From: Eledone cirrhosa
Taxonomy: Eukaryota
Length of the DNA stretch: 64,000 nt
Assembly (NCBI GenBank): GCA_964016885.1
Contig: OZ024759.1
Span: 1-64,000, forward strand
Direction of reading: 5' to 3'
Within the stretch, counting starts at the first letter, position 1, and the number at the start of each line of letters is the position of its first letter. Of this stretch, positions 1-12,900 are shown one piece after another. The notes under the pieces were generated by a model. It was not told where the DNA came from. It did not search any database and saw only the letters and a program-made list of their open reading frames with translations. The position numbers and the translations under genes are program-made.

Positions 1-1213
1 TATAATAGTATATATAGAGTAATGTAAATGGTAAAGGATTAAATATAATAGTATATATAGAGTAATGTAAATGGTAAAGGGTTAAATATAATAGTATATA
101 TAGAGTAATGTAAATGGTAAAGGGTAAAATATAATAGTATATATAGAGTAATGTAAATGGTAAAGGATTAAATATAATAGTATATATAGAGTAATGTAAA
201 TGGTAAAGGGTAAAAATATAATAGTATATATAGAGTAATGTAAATGGTAAAGGATTAAATATAATAGTATATATAGAGTAATGTAAATGGTAAAGGGTTA
301 AATATAATAGTATATAGAGTAATGTAAATAGTAAAGGGTAAAATATAATAGTATATATAGAGTAATGTAAATGGTAAAGGATTAAATATAATAGTATATA
401 TAGTAATGTAAATGGTAAAGGATTAAATATAATAGTATATATAGAGTAATGTAAATGGTAAAGGATTAAATATAATAGTATATATAGAGTAATGTAAATG
501 GTAAAGGGTTAAATATAATAGTATATATAGAGTAATGTAAATGGTAAAGGGTTAAATATAATAGTATATATAGAGTAATGTAAATGGTAAAGGGTAAAAT
601 ATAATAGTATATATAGAGTAATGTAAATGGTAAAGGATTAAATATAATAGTATATATAGTAATGTAAATGGTACAGTGTTAAATATAATAGTATATATAG
701 AGTAATGTAAATGGTAAAGGATTAAATATAATAGTATATATAGAGTAATGTAAATGGTAAAGTGTTAAATATAATAGTATATATAGAGTAATGTAAATGG
801 TAAAGGATTAAATATAATAGTATATATAGTAATGTAAATGGTAAAGGATTAAATATAATAGTATATATAGAGTAATGTAAATGGTAAAGGATTAAATATA
901 ATAGTATATATAGTAATGTAAATGGTACAGTGTTAAATATAATAGTATATATAGAGTAATGTAAATGGTAAAGGATTAAATATAATAGTATATATAGAGT
1001 AATGTAAATGGTAAAGTGTTAAATATAATAGTATATATAGAGTAATGTAAATGGTAATGTGTTAAATATAATAGTATATATAGAGTAATGTAAATGGTAA
1101 AGGGTTAAATATAATAGTATATATAGAGTAATGTAAATGGTACAGTGTTAAATATAATAGTATATAGAGTAATGTAAATGGTAAAGGGTTAAATATAATA
1201 GTATATATAGAGT
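1..1213. repeat. 41-bp AT-rich minisatellite (AATATAATAGTATATATAGAGTAATGTAAATGGTAAAGGRTTA-type unit); continues beyond window start
   Basis: Direct tandem repetition with 39-42 bp variants. Confidence 0.97.
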
Positions 1214-1450
1214 GGTTTCTTTATTTGCCACTAGGGCACAAAAGGTAGGGACAGATACAAGGGGGGAAGTTTACATATAATTAACGAGTACAAAAATATA
1301 ACAATGAAATAACAACAACAAACGAAGTCCTCAATAGGGAGGGGGCATTAACATGGGTCGCACACACCCCGGAAAAAATGTGTAACCCTTCTCCTCAGGA
1401 GCACAAAGAGTAGGTGCTTCCCTCGTCTCCTCTTTTTCCTCTTCTTTTAC

Positions 1451-4400
1451 CTACAGGCTGATATAGAGAGAAGACCCATTCACTCTGGCCATTCTCCCTA
1501 CTTTCACCCACCTTTCATAAAACTTGCTGGGGTAGAGCACCTCTCTCTCCATTCTGATCCTTCTTTTAAAATGGTATTTGAAAAAGGGGACCAGTTGTTG
1601 GCCGGAGAGAAAGGTGTCTGACCTCAGCCCTTTCAGCCTCGTCCACCATACAACTTCTTTAGCCATGGCTACCACACAGAGAAAAACCGCCTCTCCTTCG
1701 TTTTTGAAAGGGGGAGGCGGTTTGATCGTGACAATGGACTCGGTGGTCAACCGGATTGGTCCCACCCTCGACAGTAGTCGTTCCACATAGCCCCACAGGT
1801 CAGCAATGCCTGGGCAGTGTACGAATGCGTGCGCAACGGTTTCGTCATCATGCACGCATCTCGGACAGATCTTATTCAAAGGATCTCTACCCAGGCTCCC
1901 ATGCCTGTGGAGCTTGTCTCGAACGGGTAGAGCCCCTCGGTAGCACTGCCAAGCCAGGGACTTTTGGAAGTTGTCCATCGGTCCAGGGCCAAACGTCCTA
2001 CCGAACAGACTGGCCAGTTCATCTTCCTCCATGCCTAGAGCTTCTCCGAGAGCATCGTCGCACCTGCTGCGTACCTACCCTCTATAGAATGTCGACGTGG
2101 AGTCTCCACTGATTGCCGGGTCCGCTTTCCAGAGGACCGTGAGCGCCTGGGCACATTCAATGTGCCAGTCGCCCACTTTTCTCGGTCTTTGCTTGACCCA
2201 GGATTGCAGCTCGGTGAGCGAGACGAGTCTGGGAAAGGCTCGCCTCACAAACGGGGCCCACACCGGTTGACCGGTGAGGAATACCTGGAGGTGCCGTAGC
2301 CTTAATGCGTGTTTACGCATCTGTAGCCACGGCATCCCCAGCCCTCCTTTCGAAGGGTGTTGACAGCAGATGGATCTCCTCACCAAAGGGGTCCGCTTGT
2401 TCCAAAGAAATTGGAACAGCGCGCACTCCATTTTGGCGAGTCTTTTCACTGGGCAAGGCACGACGGTCAAGCGGTAGTAGATGACGGATGCTATATAAGT
2501 ATTCGCCACCTCCGCTCGACCTTTCAGGGATAGTTTGCACTGGGCCCACTTCTGGGTGAGTGCAAACACCCTGGCCGTTACCTCATTCCAGTTTTTCTCC
2601 ACCTGGAGGTCTGGTCCGAACCAGACCCCAAGCAGCTTCACCGGGCCCTCCGTCCAGCGTCCGACGACGTCGTTGGAGGGCATCGGTTTGCCTCTCCATG
2701 TTCCGAGTTGCAAACCGACGGACTTGTCCCGGTTCAGCTTGGCTCCTGTAAACCTTTCATATTCCTCCAGTAAGGTGCCGATCTCACCGATTTGCGAGGT
2801 TTTCGACACCATTACTGTCACGTCATCGGCGTAGGCCGACGCCGCTTTCTGCAATCCCGGTTCCAAAGAGATGCCCTGCAACCGCTCCAACTTCCGCAGT
2901 AGTGGCTCAAGAGCCAGCACATACAGTAGGGAGGTGAGAGGGCATCCCTGTCGGATGGATCGCATGATTTGGAACGGCTCCGAGAGGTGGCCGTTCACCT
3001 TGACCCTTGAGCAGACGTTGCTGCTGTGTATCGCAGCAATCCAACCCCTGAAAACGGGTCCGAAGCCTGCCGCCGCGAGCACCGCATCCAGGTAACGATG
3101 GTCAACCCTATCGAAAGCTTTAGATTGATCCAAGTTGATCAGGGCCCCACCAAAGCCGGGTTCATTCCCTACCCTCTCTATGATGTATCGCATAAGGTGG
3201 AGATTGTCGTGAATGGACCTGGACGGGATTGCGCATGTCTGCGCTTCTCCCACCAGGTTTCCAACGACAAGCGCCAACCTCTTCGCTAACACCTTGGCCA
3301 AAATCTTTAACTCTGTATTTAGCAGAGTTATGGGCCTGAAGTTACTTATGTCATCCCCCTTGTTCTCATCCTTCCTCACCAGCGTAACTACGCCCTTGGT
3401 CACAGAACTGGGAATTCTCCCGTTCTGCTGCCAGTTGCAGTAGACCGCTTCGAGGATATCGGAGAACAAGTCCGGCATCGCTACATATAGCTCGTATGGT
3501 AGACCATCGAGACCCGGGGATTTGCGTTTGCCGCATTGGCTCAGCGCCGCCCCTATCTCAGCAGCTGAAATCGTCCTTTCGCAGGACTTCGCGTCCGAGA
3601 GGCGCGGCAGACCGTCGAGGTATGGATTGAAATCCATAGTCTCACCCGGCGCGCCGCCCCTCTCGAACAGTCGTGCAAAGTGCCGCTGAAAGGCCGCACA
3701 CATCTGCCCAGGTTCAAGGATCACACGCCCATCCTGGTCCTTCAAAGACCGAATCGTGGACTTGTTCCCACTTTTTGCCTCTGTCACTCGGGCCCAGCTC
3801 ACAGCTTTGGCTCCCTCATTACCCAGAGCACGTATTTTACTCCTGACAACGCAGCCTTCATGCTTCACCTCAAAGAACTGGTCTAAGGCCATTCTTGATG
3901 CCAGCACGCCGGCTACATTGCCACTCCTAATCGCCTCTTCTACTCTATCTACTAATTCCCTTTCCGTCTTGTTCCTATCCCTTGCTAATTCCTGACTAAA
4001 ACCTATCGATTCTATTCTAATTGCTCTCTTAAGAGAGCTCCACCACCTGTTGTTGACAATTGCCCCTGTCAAACTCTGCTTAACTAACGTGCTAATCCGT
4101 TTACTGTAAGCTTTGCTTCTCGGTAAGGACAAGTTCAGCTTCCAGTAACCGGGTCCCTGTCTATGGGTTCTATCAAGGTTGGCTATGCAGGTCACTAACT
4201 TGTGATCCGAATAGTCAACCATGAACATTTTTGGACAGCTAAATGTGTCCCTATCGTTCTCTCTAACTAGGACCCTATCTAGGTACGACCTAGATGTTCC
4301 ACTGCGATTGGTCCACGTCCATAGTGGTACAGTCGGAAAATCTAGTCGATATCTATCGGCCAGGTCAAATCGGCCGATTAACCTTTTGAGGCTTTTACAC

Positions 4401-4882
4401 CCCCCTCTATTGGCACATGCCCCTACATAGTCCCAACGTGCATCCAGGATACCATTCCAGTCCCCCACTAAAAGCAAGGAGCGGGACGTTCCCAGAAAAG
4501 TTTCCAGACGTTGGAAGTATTCCGGCCGCGCTGCCCAAAAAGGGGCGTACACAGCTATTAGTCTAAGGGCTCCACTTTCACTACTGCCGACGTCTAAAAC
4601 CACCAGTCGACCCTCCGGGTCCAGGTGCACCTTCTGTATGGCGAGGCCCAGGTGTTTTCGCAGCAGAACGACAACTCCACCCCCACCCCCCGGTTGACAG
4701 AGAGATGCGAAGATCTCAAAGTCGTCGAAGAGGGGCGCCAGTTGGTGCTCGCTGCTGATCCTGGACTCGCAAATAGCCATTACATCCATTCTATGCGACC
4801 TGAGATCGTTTAAAAGTTTGCCTTGTTTCCAAGACAGTCCCAGGCCACGTACATTCAGACACCCAACTCTTATATCAGCCAT
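1451..4882 (-). pseudogene. Tx1 ORF2 (APE endonuclease, RT, zf-RVT) with a premature stop at 2075-2077 and a 6-bp deletion
   Basis: LNVRGL, GDWN, YLDRV, SDH, QGCPL, YADD and CPRC...HAFVHC motifs; TAG here where copy 2 has TTG. Confidence 0.9.
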
Positions 4883-4903
4883 GTTGGTTAAAAGAGGAAG
4901 GAC

Positions 4904-6640
4904 CTACCTGTTCGGCTCCTGAGGAGCAGGTTGCACAATATCCATGGGCGTATTGGAGGGGTTGTTTGGTGGGGTGTTGTTCTGTGGTGGAGTGGGGGTG
5001 TTTGGTGAGGTGTGGGTGGGGAAACGTTTCAAGAGGACGCGGTTATAGGGTCGAGTACATGTTTTCCCCACGTCCTCAGGAAAGTTCTCTCTTAGTTTTG
5101 CATAGGTGTCCATTGGGAGTCTTATCATTTTTAAATGCGGTTTGTTGGCCGCGCTTGCAAAGAATTGCCCTTCAGTTTCCACCAAAGGGTCTTTGTGTAT
5201 TGTTTTTACTAGTTCTTTGTTATTTGTGTTAATGTATGTATACTGTTTTATTTGTGTTGTGTTTGTTTGTTGTTCTTGTGTGTGCTTACGTTTTGTTGTA
5301 TGTGTTATGTTTTGGGGTGGGGCGGATTTTGTTTGTTCTGTTTGTTTTGTTTTTGTTGGTGGTTGTGTGTTTGTTTCGTTTATGTTCGAGTGGTGCTTTC
5401 TTTTTTTCCTTTTTACAGGTTGGAAGGGTTCCCCCTCTTCGTCACTAGGTGCCGTTTCCGCTGGGTCCTCGTCCGTGCTGTCGGGTAGTGGTGTATTTTG
5501 GGGTTTTGTTGTATTTGTGTGTGTTTTGGGAGTTGTTTTGGGTGGGGCCGTGTCTTGTGTTATTTTTCCCTGTTGTTTTTGTTGTTGTTGTGGTGGTGGT
5601 GGTGGAGGTGGTGGTGGTGGTGGCGGTGGTGGTATGTGGGGTGTAGGCAAAAGAGCCTTTTTTTTTGTCAATTGAGGACAAGCAGCCCTTAGATGACCCC
5701 TGCTTGAACAGTAGTAACATATGGGCCTCCTACCCTCGGCTGAAATATATATAAATGTTTCTCCATCGAGGGACACCCTCTGTGGTATTCTAGCTATTCG
5801 TTCTGGTCTCATTTGGACCAGAACCTCCACGCTCAAACCGCCGAAAACGTCTGTGGTGACTTCTCCTACTGAGAGGATTCCGTCCTCGTCTTCTAAAAAT
5901 CCTGTTAGTACCCAGGAAATGCATGCATTTGGCCGGATTCCGGAGACCCTTATCTTCTGCGTTCTTTTCCCTAAATATGTGGGGAAAAATGTATGTAGCT
6001 TGGAAACAATTGGTGCCACAGAGTATTTCCTGGCCGTCAATTGGTCCTTCATTAGGACCGTTATATTCCCATAGAGTGGCCCTTTTTGTATGAACGATAT
6101 ATCACTCCACACATTTTTTAGGACCAGCTCAATCTCTTTTTGGGATAATTGAGTTGGTTTCCTTGTTATGTTGGAAATTGTTCTGAAAGATATCGTTCTT
6201 AGCGTCGTGTCTCTTTTGATTTCTTGTGGGGAGGTGATTGTGAAGTCTCCTCCTTCTTTGAAAGTTACATACTGTTTCGCTTCCTTCATCTTTTCTCTCA
6301 GAGTTGTAATGTCCAGTTGCTTGCAGGTTTGTGTTTTCCGGACCGCCTGTGCAAAGGAGGCACCAGTAGTGGGTTCGCTTTGTTTGGTGTTATCGTTATT
6401 TTTTCCTTGGTTGGTGTTGTGACTATTGCTGTTATTGTCGTTGTTGTTTTTGTCTGCGTTTATGTGACTTTCTGGGTTTTCACCCATTTTTACAAATTTT
6501 TCTTTTAATTCCGTGTTCCATGTTTCTTTTGCAGAAGTCAGGAGGGAAGACTTAGAGCCTTGTGCTTCTAGCTTCTCTGTATCACCTTTCTTAGGGGGCG
6601 TGGCTTTCACGTTAGGATGAGATGTGAAAATTCCGTCCAT
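4904..6640 (-). CDS. Tx1 ORF1 (gag-like, zinc knuckle, Pro/Thr-rich C-terminus), intact
   Basis: CYYCSSRGHLRAAC knuckle; first ATG at 6640; stop 21 bp before the ORF2 ATG. Confidence 0.85.
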   Translation of the reverse strand: MDGIFTSHPNVKATPPKKGDTEKLEAQGSKSSLLTSAKETWNTELKEKFVKMGENPESHINADKNNNDNNSNSHNTNQGKNNDNTKQSEPTTGASFAQAVRKTQTCKQLDITTLREKMKEAKQYVTFKEGGDFTITSPQEIKRDTTLRTISFRTISNITRKPTQLSQKEIELVLKNVWSDISFIQKGPLYGNITVLMKDQLTARKYSVAPIVSKLHTFFPTYLGKRTQKIRVSGIRPNACISWVLTGFLEDEDGILSVGEVTTDVFGGLSVEVLVQMRPERIARIPQRVSLDGETFIYISAEGRRPICYYCSSRGHLRAACPQLTKKKALLPTPHIPPPPPPPPPPPPPPQQQQKQQGKITQDTAPPKTTPKTHTNTTKPQNTPLPDSTDEDPAETAPSDEEGEPFQPVKRKKRKHHSNINETNTQPPTKTKQTEQTKSAPPQNITHTTKRKHTQEQQTNTTQIKQYTYINTNNKELVKTIHKDPLVETEGQFFASAANKPHLKMIRLPMDTYAKLRENFPEDVGKTCTRPYNRVLLKRFPTHTSPNTPTPPQNNTPPNNPSNTPMDIVQPAPQEPNR

Positions 6641-6851
6641 TTCTATTAGTTTGCCGTAATAAATTTTTAACTGGAAAATTCGCCCCAAAAAGGGGCGAAA
6701 ATAAATAAACTCAAAGTTTGACGACCAAGGCAAGGGGTTAACGTATATTACAGTATAAAAAAATTAATCAAAACTCACTTTTTGAGTAAGTAAATCCGAC
6801 TCGGTAGCCGAGCTTGTTCACACACGTCAACACACGTCTCTCGTATACGAG

Positions 6852-9667
6852 ATGTTATGTGAGATATTATGTGAGGTAAAGCCTTTACTGTGAAAATACA
6901 ATAGTATATATAGAGTAATGTAAATGTTATGTGAGATATTATGTGAAGTAAAGCCTTTACTGTGAAAATACAATAGTATATATAGAGTAATGTAAATGGT
7001 AAAGTGTTAAATATAATAGTATATATAGAGTAATGTAAATGGTAAAGTGTTAAATATAATAGTATATAGAGTAATGTAAATGGTAAAGTGTTAAATATAA
7101 TAGTATATATAGAGTAATGTAAATGGTACAGTGTTAAATATAATAGTATATATAGAGTAATGTAAATGGTAAAGTGTTAAATATAATAGTATATATAGAG
7201 TAATGTAAATGGTAAAGTGTTAAATATAATAGTATATAGAGTAATGTGGTAAAGGGTTAAATATAATAGTATATATAGAGTAATGTAAATGGTACAGTGT
7301 TAAATATAATAGTATATATAGAGTAATGTAAATGGTAATGTGTTAAATATAATAGTATATATAGAGTAATGTAAATGGTAAAGGATTAAATATAATAGTA
7401 TATATAGAGTAATGTAAATGGTAAAGGATTAAATATAATAGTATATATAGAGTAATGTAAATGGTAAAGGGTAAAATATAATAGTATATATAGAGTAATG
7501 TAAATGGTAAAGGATTAAATATAATAGTATATATAGAGTAATGTAAATGGTAAAGGGTAAAATATAATAGTATATATAGAGTAATGTAAATGGTAAAGGA
7601 TTAAATATAATAGTATATATAGAGTAATGTAAATGGTAAAGGATTAAATATAATAGTATATATAGAGTAATGTAAATGGTAAAGGGTAAAATATAATAGT
7701 ATATATAGAGTAATGTAAATGGTAAAGGATTAAATATAATAGTATATATAGAGTAATGTAAATGGTAAAGGGTAAAATATAATAGTATATATAGAGTAAT
7801 GTAAATGGTAAAGGATTAAATATAATAGTATATATAGAGTAATGTAAATGGTAAAGGGTTAAATATAATAGTATATAGAGTAATGTAAATAGTAAAGGGT
7901 AAAATATAATAGTATATATAGAGTAATGTAAATGGTAAAGGATTAAATATAATAGTATATATAGTAATGTAAATGGTAAAGGATTAAATATAATAGTATA
8001 TATAGAGTAATGTAAATGGTAAAGGATTAAATATAATAGTATATATAGAGTAATGTAAATGGTAAAGGGTTAAATATAATAGTATATATAGAGTAATGTA
8101 AATGGTAAAGGGTTAAATATAATAGTATATATAGAGTAATGTAAATGGTAAAGGGTAAAATATAATAGTATATATAGAGTAATGTAAATGGTAAAGGATT
8201 AAATATAATAGTATATATAGTAATGTAAATGGTAAAGGATTAAATATAATAGTATATATAGAGTAATGTAAATGGTAAAGGATTAAATATAATAGTATAT
8301 ATAGTAATGTAAATGGTACAGTGTTAAATATAATAGTATATATAGAGTAATGTAAATGGTAAAGGATTAAATATAATAGTATATATAGAGTAATGTAAAT
8401 GGTAAAGTGTTAAATATAATAGTATATATAGAGTAATGTAAATGGTAAAGGATTAAATATAATAGTATATATAGTAATGTAAATGGTAAAGGATTAAATA
8501 TAATAGTATATATAGAGTAATGTAAATGGTAAAGGATTAAATATAATAGTATATATAGTAATGTAAATGGTACAGTGTTAAATATAATAGTATATATAGA
8601 GTAATGTAAATGGTAAAGGATTGAATATAATAGTATATATAGAGTAATGTAAATGGTAAAGTGTTAAATATAATAGTATATATAGAGTAATGTAAATGGT
8701 AATGTGTTAAATATAATAGTATATATAGAGTAATGTAAATGGTAAAGGGTTAAATATAATAGTATATATAGAGTAATGTAAATGGTACAGTGTTAAATAT
8801 AATAGTATATATAGAGTAATGTAAATGGTAAAGTGTTAAATATAATAGTATATATAGAGTAATGTAAATGGTAAAGTGTTAAATATAATAGTATATAGAG
8901 TAATGTAAATGGTAAAGGGTTAAATATAATAGTATATATAGAGTAATGTAAATGGTACAGTGTTAAATATAATAGTATATATAGAGTAATGTAAATGGTA
9001 AAGTGTTAAATATAATAGTATATATAGAGTAATGTAAATGGTAAAGTGTTAAATATAATAGTATATAGAGTAATGTAAATGGTAAAGGGTTAAATATAAT
9101 AGTATATATAGAGTAATGTAAATGGTACAGTGTTAAATATAATAGTATATATAGAGTAATGTAAATGGTAAAGTGTTAAATATAATAGTATATATAGAGT
9201 AATGTAAATGGTAAAGTGTTAAATATAATAGTATATAGAGTAATGTAAATGGTAAAGGGTTAAATATAATAGTATATATAGAGTAATGTAAATGGTACAG
9301 TGTTAAATATAATAGTATATATAGAGTAATGTAAATGGTAAAGTGTTAAATATAATAGTATATATAGAGTAATGTAAATGGTAAAGTGTTAAATATAATA
9401 GTATATATAGAGTAATGTAAATGGTAAAGTGTTAAATATAATAGTATATAGAGTAATGTAAATGGTAAAGGGTTAAATATAATAGTATATATAGAGTAAT
9501 GTAAATGGTACAGTGTTAAATATAATAGTATATATAGAGTAATGTAAATGGTAAAGTGTTAAATATAATAGTATATATAGAGTAATGTAAATGGTAAAGT
9601 GTTAAATATAATAGTATATAGAGTAATGTAAATGGTAAAGGGTTAAATATAATAGTATATATAGAGT
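6852..9667. repeat. 41-bp minisatellite array preceded by two ~74-bp variant units
   Basis: Same unit as 1-1213; the rare AAATAGTAAAGGGT variant occurs at ~326 and ~7887. Confidence 0.97.
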
Positions 9668-9904
9668 GGTTTCTTTATTTGCCACTAGGGCACAAAAGGT
9701 AGGGACAGATACAAGGGGGGAAGTTTACATATAATTAACGAGTACAAAAATATAACAATGAAATAACAACAACAAACGAAGTCCTCAATAGGGAGGGGGC
9801 ATTAACATGGGTCGCACACACCCCGGAAAAAATGTGTAACCCTTCTCCTCAGGAGCACAAAGAGTAGGTGCTTCCCTCGTCTCCGCTTTTTCCTCTTCTT
9901 TCAC

Positions 9905-12900
9905 CTACAGGCTGATATAGAGAGAAGACCCATTCACTCTGGCCATTCTCCCTACTTTCACCCACCTTTCATAAAACTTGCTGGGGTAGAGCACCTCTCT
10001 CTCCATTCTGATCCTTCTTTTAAAATGGTATTTGAAAAAGGGGACCAGTTGTTGGCCGGAGAGAAAGGTGTCTGACCTCAGCCCTTTCAGCCTCGTCCAC
10101 CATACAACTTCTTTAGCCATGGCTACCACACAGAGAAAAACCGCCTCTCCTTCGTTTTTGAAAGGGGGAGGCGGTTTGATCGTGACAATGGACTCGGTGG
10201 TCAACCGGATTGGTCCCACCCTCGACAGTAGTCGTTCCACATAGCCCCACAGGTCAGCAATGCCTGGGCAGTGTACGAATGCGTGCGCAACGGTTTCGTC
10301 ATCATGCACGCATCTCGGACAGATCTTATTCAAAGGATCTCTACCCAGGCTCCCATGCCTGTGGAGCTTGTCTCGAACGGGTAGAGCCCCTCGGTAGCAC
10401 TGCCAAGCCAGGGACTTTTGGAAGTTGTCCATCGGTCCAGGGCCAAACGTCCTACCGAACAGACTGGCCAGTTCATCTTCCTCCATGCCTAGAGCTTCTC
10501 CGAGAGCATCGTCGCACCTGCTGCGTACCAACCCTCTATAGAATGTCGAGGTGGAGTCTCCACTGATTGCCGGGTCCGCTTTCCAGAGGGCCGTGAGCGC
10601 CTGGGCACATTCAATGTGCCAGTCGCCCACTTTTCTCGGTCTTTGCTTGACCCAGGATTGCAGCTCGGTGAGCGAGACGAGTCTGGGAAAGGCTCGCCTC
10701 ACAAACGGGGCCCACACCGGTTGACCGGTGAGGAATACCTGGAGGTGCCGTAGCCTTAATGCGTGTTTACGCATCTGTAGCCACGGCATCCCCAGCCCTC
10801 CTTTCGAAGGGTGTTGACAGCAGATGGATCTCCTCACCAAAGGGGTCCGCTTGTTCCAAAGAAATTGGAACAGCGCGCACTCCATTTTGGCGAGTCTTTT
10901 CACTGGGCAAGGCACGACGGTCAAGCGGTAGTAGATGACGGATGCTATATAAGTATTCGCCACCTCCGCTCGACCTTTCAGGGATAGTTTGCACTGGGCC
11001 CACTTCTGGGTGAGTGCAAACACCCTGGCCGTTACCTCGTTCCAGTTTTTCTCCACCTGGAGGTCTGGTCCGAACCAGACCCCAAGCAGCTTCACCGGGC
11101 CCTCCGTCCAGCGTCCGACGACGTCGTTGGAGGGCATCGGTTTGCCTCTCCATGTTCCGAGTTGCAAACCGACGGACTTGTCCCGGTTCAGCTTGGCTCC
11201 TGTAAACCTTTCATATTCCTCCAGTAAGGTGCCGATCTCACCGATTTGCGAGGTTTTCGACACCATTACTGTCACGTCATCGGCGTAGGCCGACGCCGCT
11301 TTCTGCAATCCCGGTTCCAAAGGGATGCCCTGCAACCGCTCCAACTTCCGCAGTAGTGGCTCAAGAGCCAGCACATACAGTAGGGAGGAGAGAGGGCATC
11401 CCTGTCGGATGGATCGCATGATTTGGAACGGCTCCGAGAGGTGGCCGTTCACCTTGACCCTTGAGCAGACGTTGCTGCTGTGCATCGCAGCAATCCAACC
11501 CCTGAAAACGGGTCCGAAGCCTGCCGCCGCGAGCACCGCATCCAGGTAACGATGGTCAACCCTATCGAAAGCTTTAGATTGATCCAAGTTGATCAGGGCC
11601 CCACCAAAGCCGGGTTCATTCCCTACCCTCTCTATGATGTATCGCATAAGGTGGAGATTGTCGTGAATGGACCTGGACGGGATTGCGCATGTCTGCGCTT
11701 CTCCCACCAGGTTTCCAACGACAAGCGCCAACCTCTTCGCTAACACCTTGGCCAAAATCTTTAACTCTGTATTTAGCAGAGTTATGGGCCTGAAGTTACT
11801 TATGTCATCCCCCTTGTTCTCATCCTTCCTCACCAGCGTAACTACGCCCTTGGTCACAGAACTGGGAATTCTCCCGTTCTGCTGCCAGTTGCAGTAGACC
11901 GCTTCGAGGATATCGGAGAACAAGTCCGGCATCGCTACATATAGCTCGTATGGTAGACCATCGAGACCCGGGGATTTGCGTTTGCCGCATTGGCTCAGCG
12001 CCGCCCCTATCTCAGCAGCTGAAATCGTCCTTTCGCAGGACTTCGCCTCCGCGTCCGAGAGGCGCGGCAGACCGTCGAGGTATGGATTGAAATCCATAGT
12101 CTCACCCGGCGCGCCGCCCCTCTCGAACAGTCGTGCAAAGTGCCGCTGAAAGGCCGCACACATCTGCCCAGGTTCAAGGATCACACGCCCATCCTGGTCC
12201 TTCAAAGACCGAATCGTGGACTTGTTCCCACTTTTTGCCTCTGTCACTCGGGCCCAGCTTACAGCTTTGGCTCCCTCATTACCCAGAGCACGTATTTTAC
12301 TCCTGACAACGCAGCCTTCATGCTTCACCTCAAAGAACTGGTCTAAGGCCATTCTTGATGCCAGCACGCCGGCTACATTGCCACTCCTAATCGCCTCTTC
12401 TACTCTATCTACTAATTCCCTTTCCGTCTTGTTCCTATCCCTTGCTAATTCCTGACTAAAACCTATCGATTCTATTCTAATTGCTCTCTTAAGAGAGCTC
12501 CACCACCTGTTGTTGACAATTGCCCCTGTCAAATTCTGCTTAACTAACGTGCTAATCCGTTTACTGTAAGCTTTGCTTCTCGGTAAGGACAAGTTCAGCT
12601 TCCAGTAACCGGGTCCCTGTCTATGGGTTCTATCAAGGTTGGCTATGCAGGTCACTAACTTGTGATCCGAATAGTCAACCATGAACATTTTTGGACAGCT
12701 AAATGTGTCCCTATCGTTCTCTCTAACTAGGACCCTATCTAGGTACGACCTAGATGTTCCACTGCGATTGGTCCACGTCCATAGTGGTACAGTCGGAAAA
12801 TCTAGTCGATATCTATCGGCCAGGTCAAATCGGCCGATTAACCTTTTGAGGCTTTTACACCCCCCTCTATTGGCACATGCCCCTACATAGTCCCAACGTG

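Larger units (their letters stand above)
1214..6851 (-). mobile_element. Tx1/L1-clade non-LTR retrotransposon, full-length copy 1
   Basis: ORF1 with CCHC knuckle plus ORF2 with APE-RT-zf; 3' end AATAAAGAAACC joined to the satellite; near-identical to 9668-15313. Confidence 0.93.

Noticed and set aside
1-9667. Regular 41-bp repeats as a CRISPR array or telomere
   Set aside because: No unique spacers, no cas genes, eukaryotic context, and not a short G-rich telomeric unit
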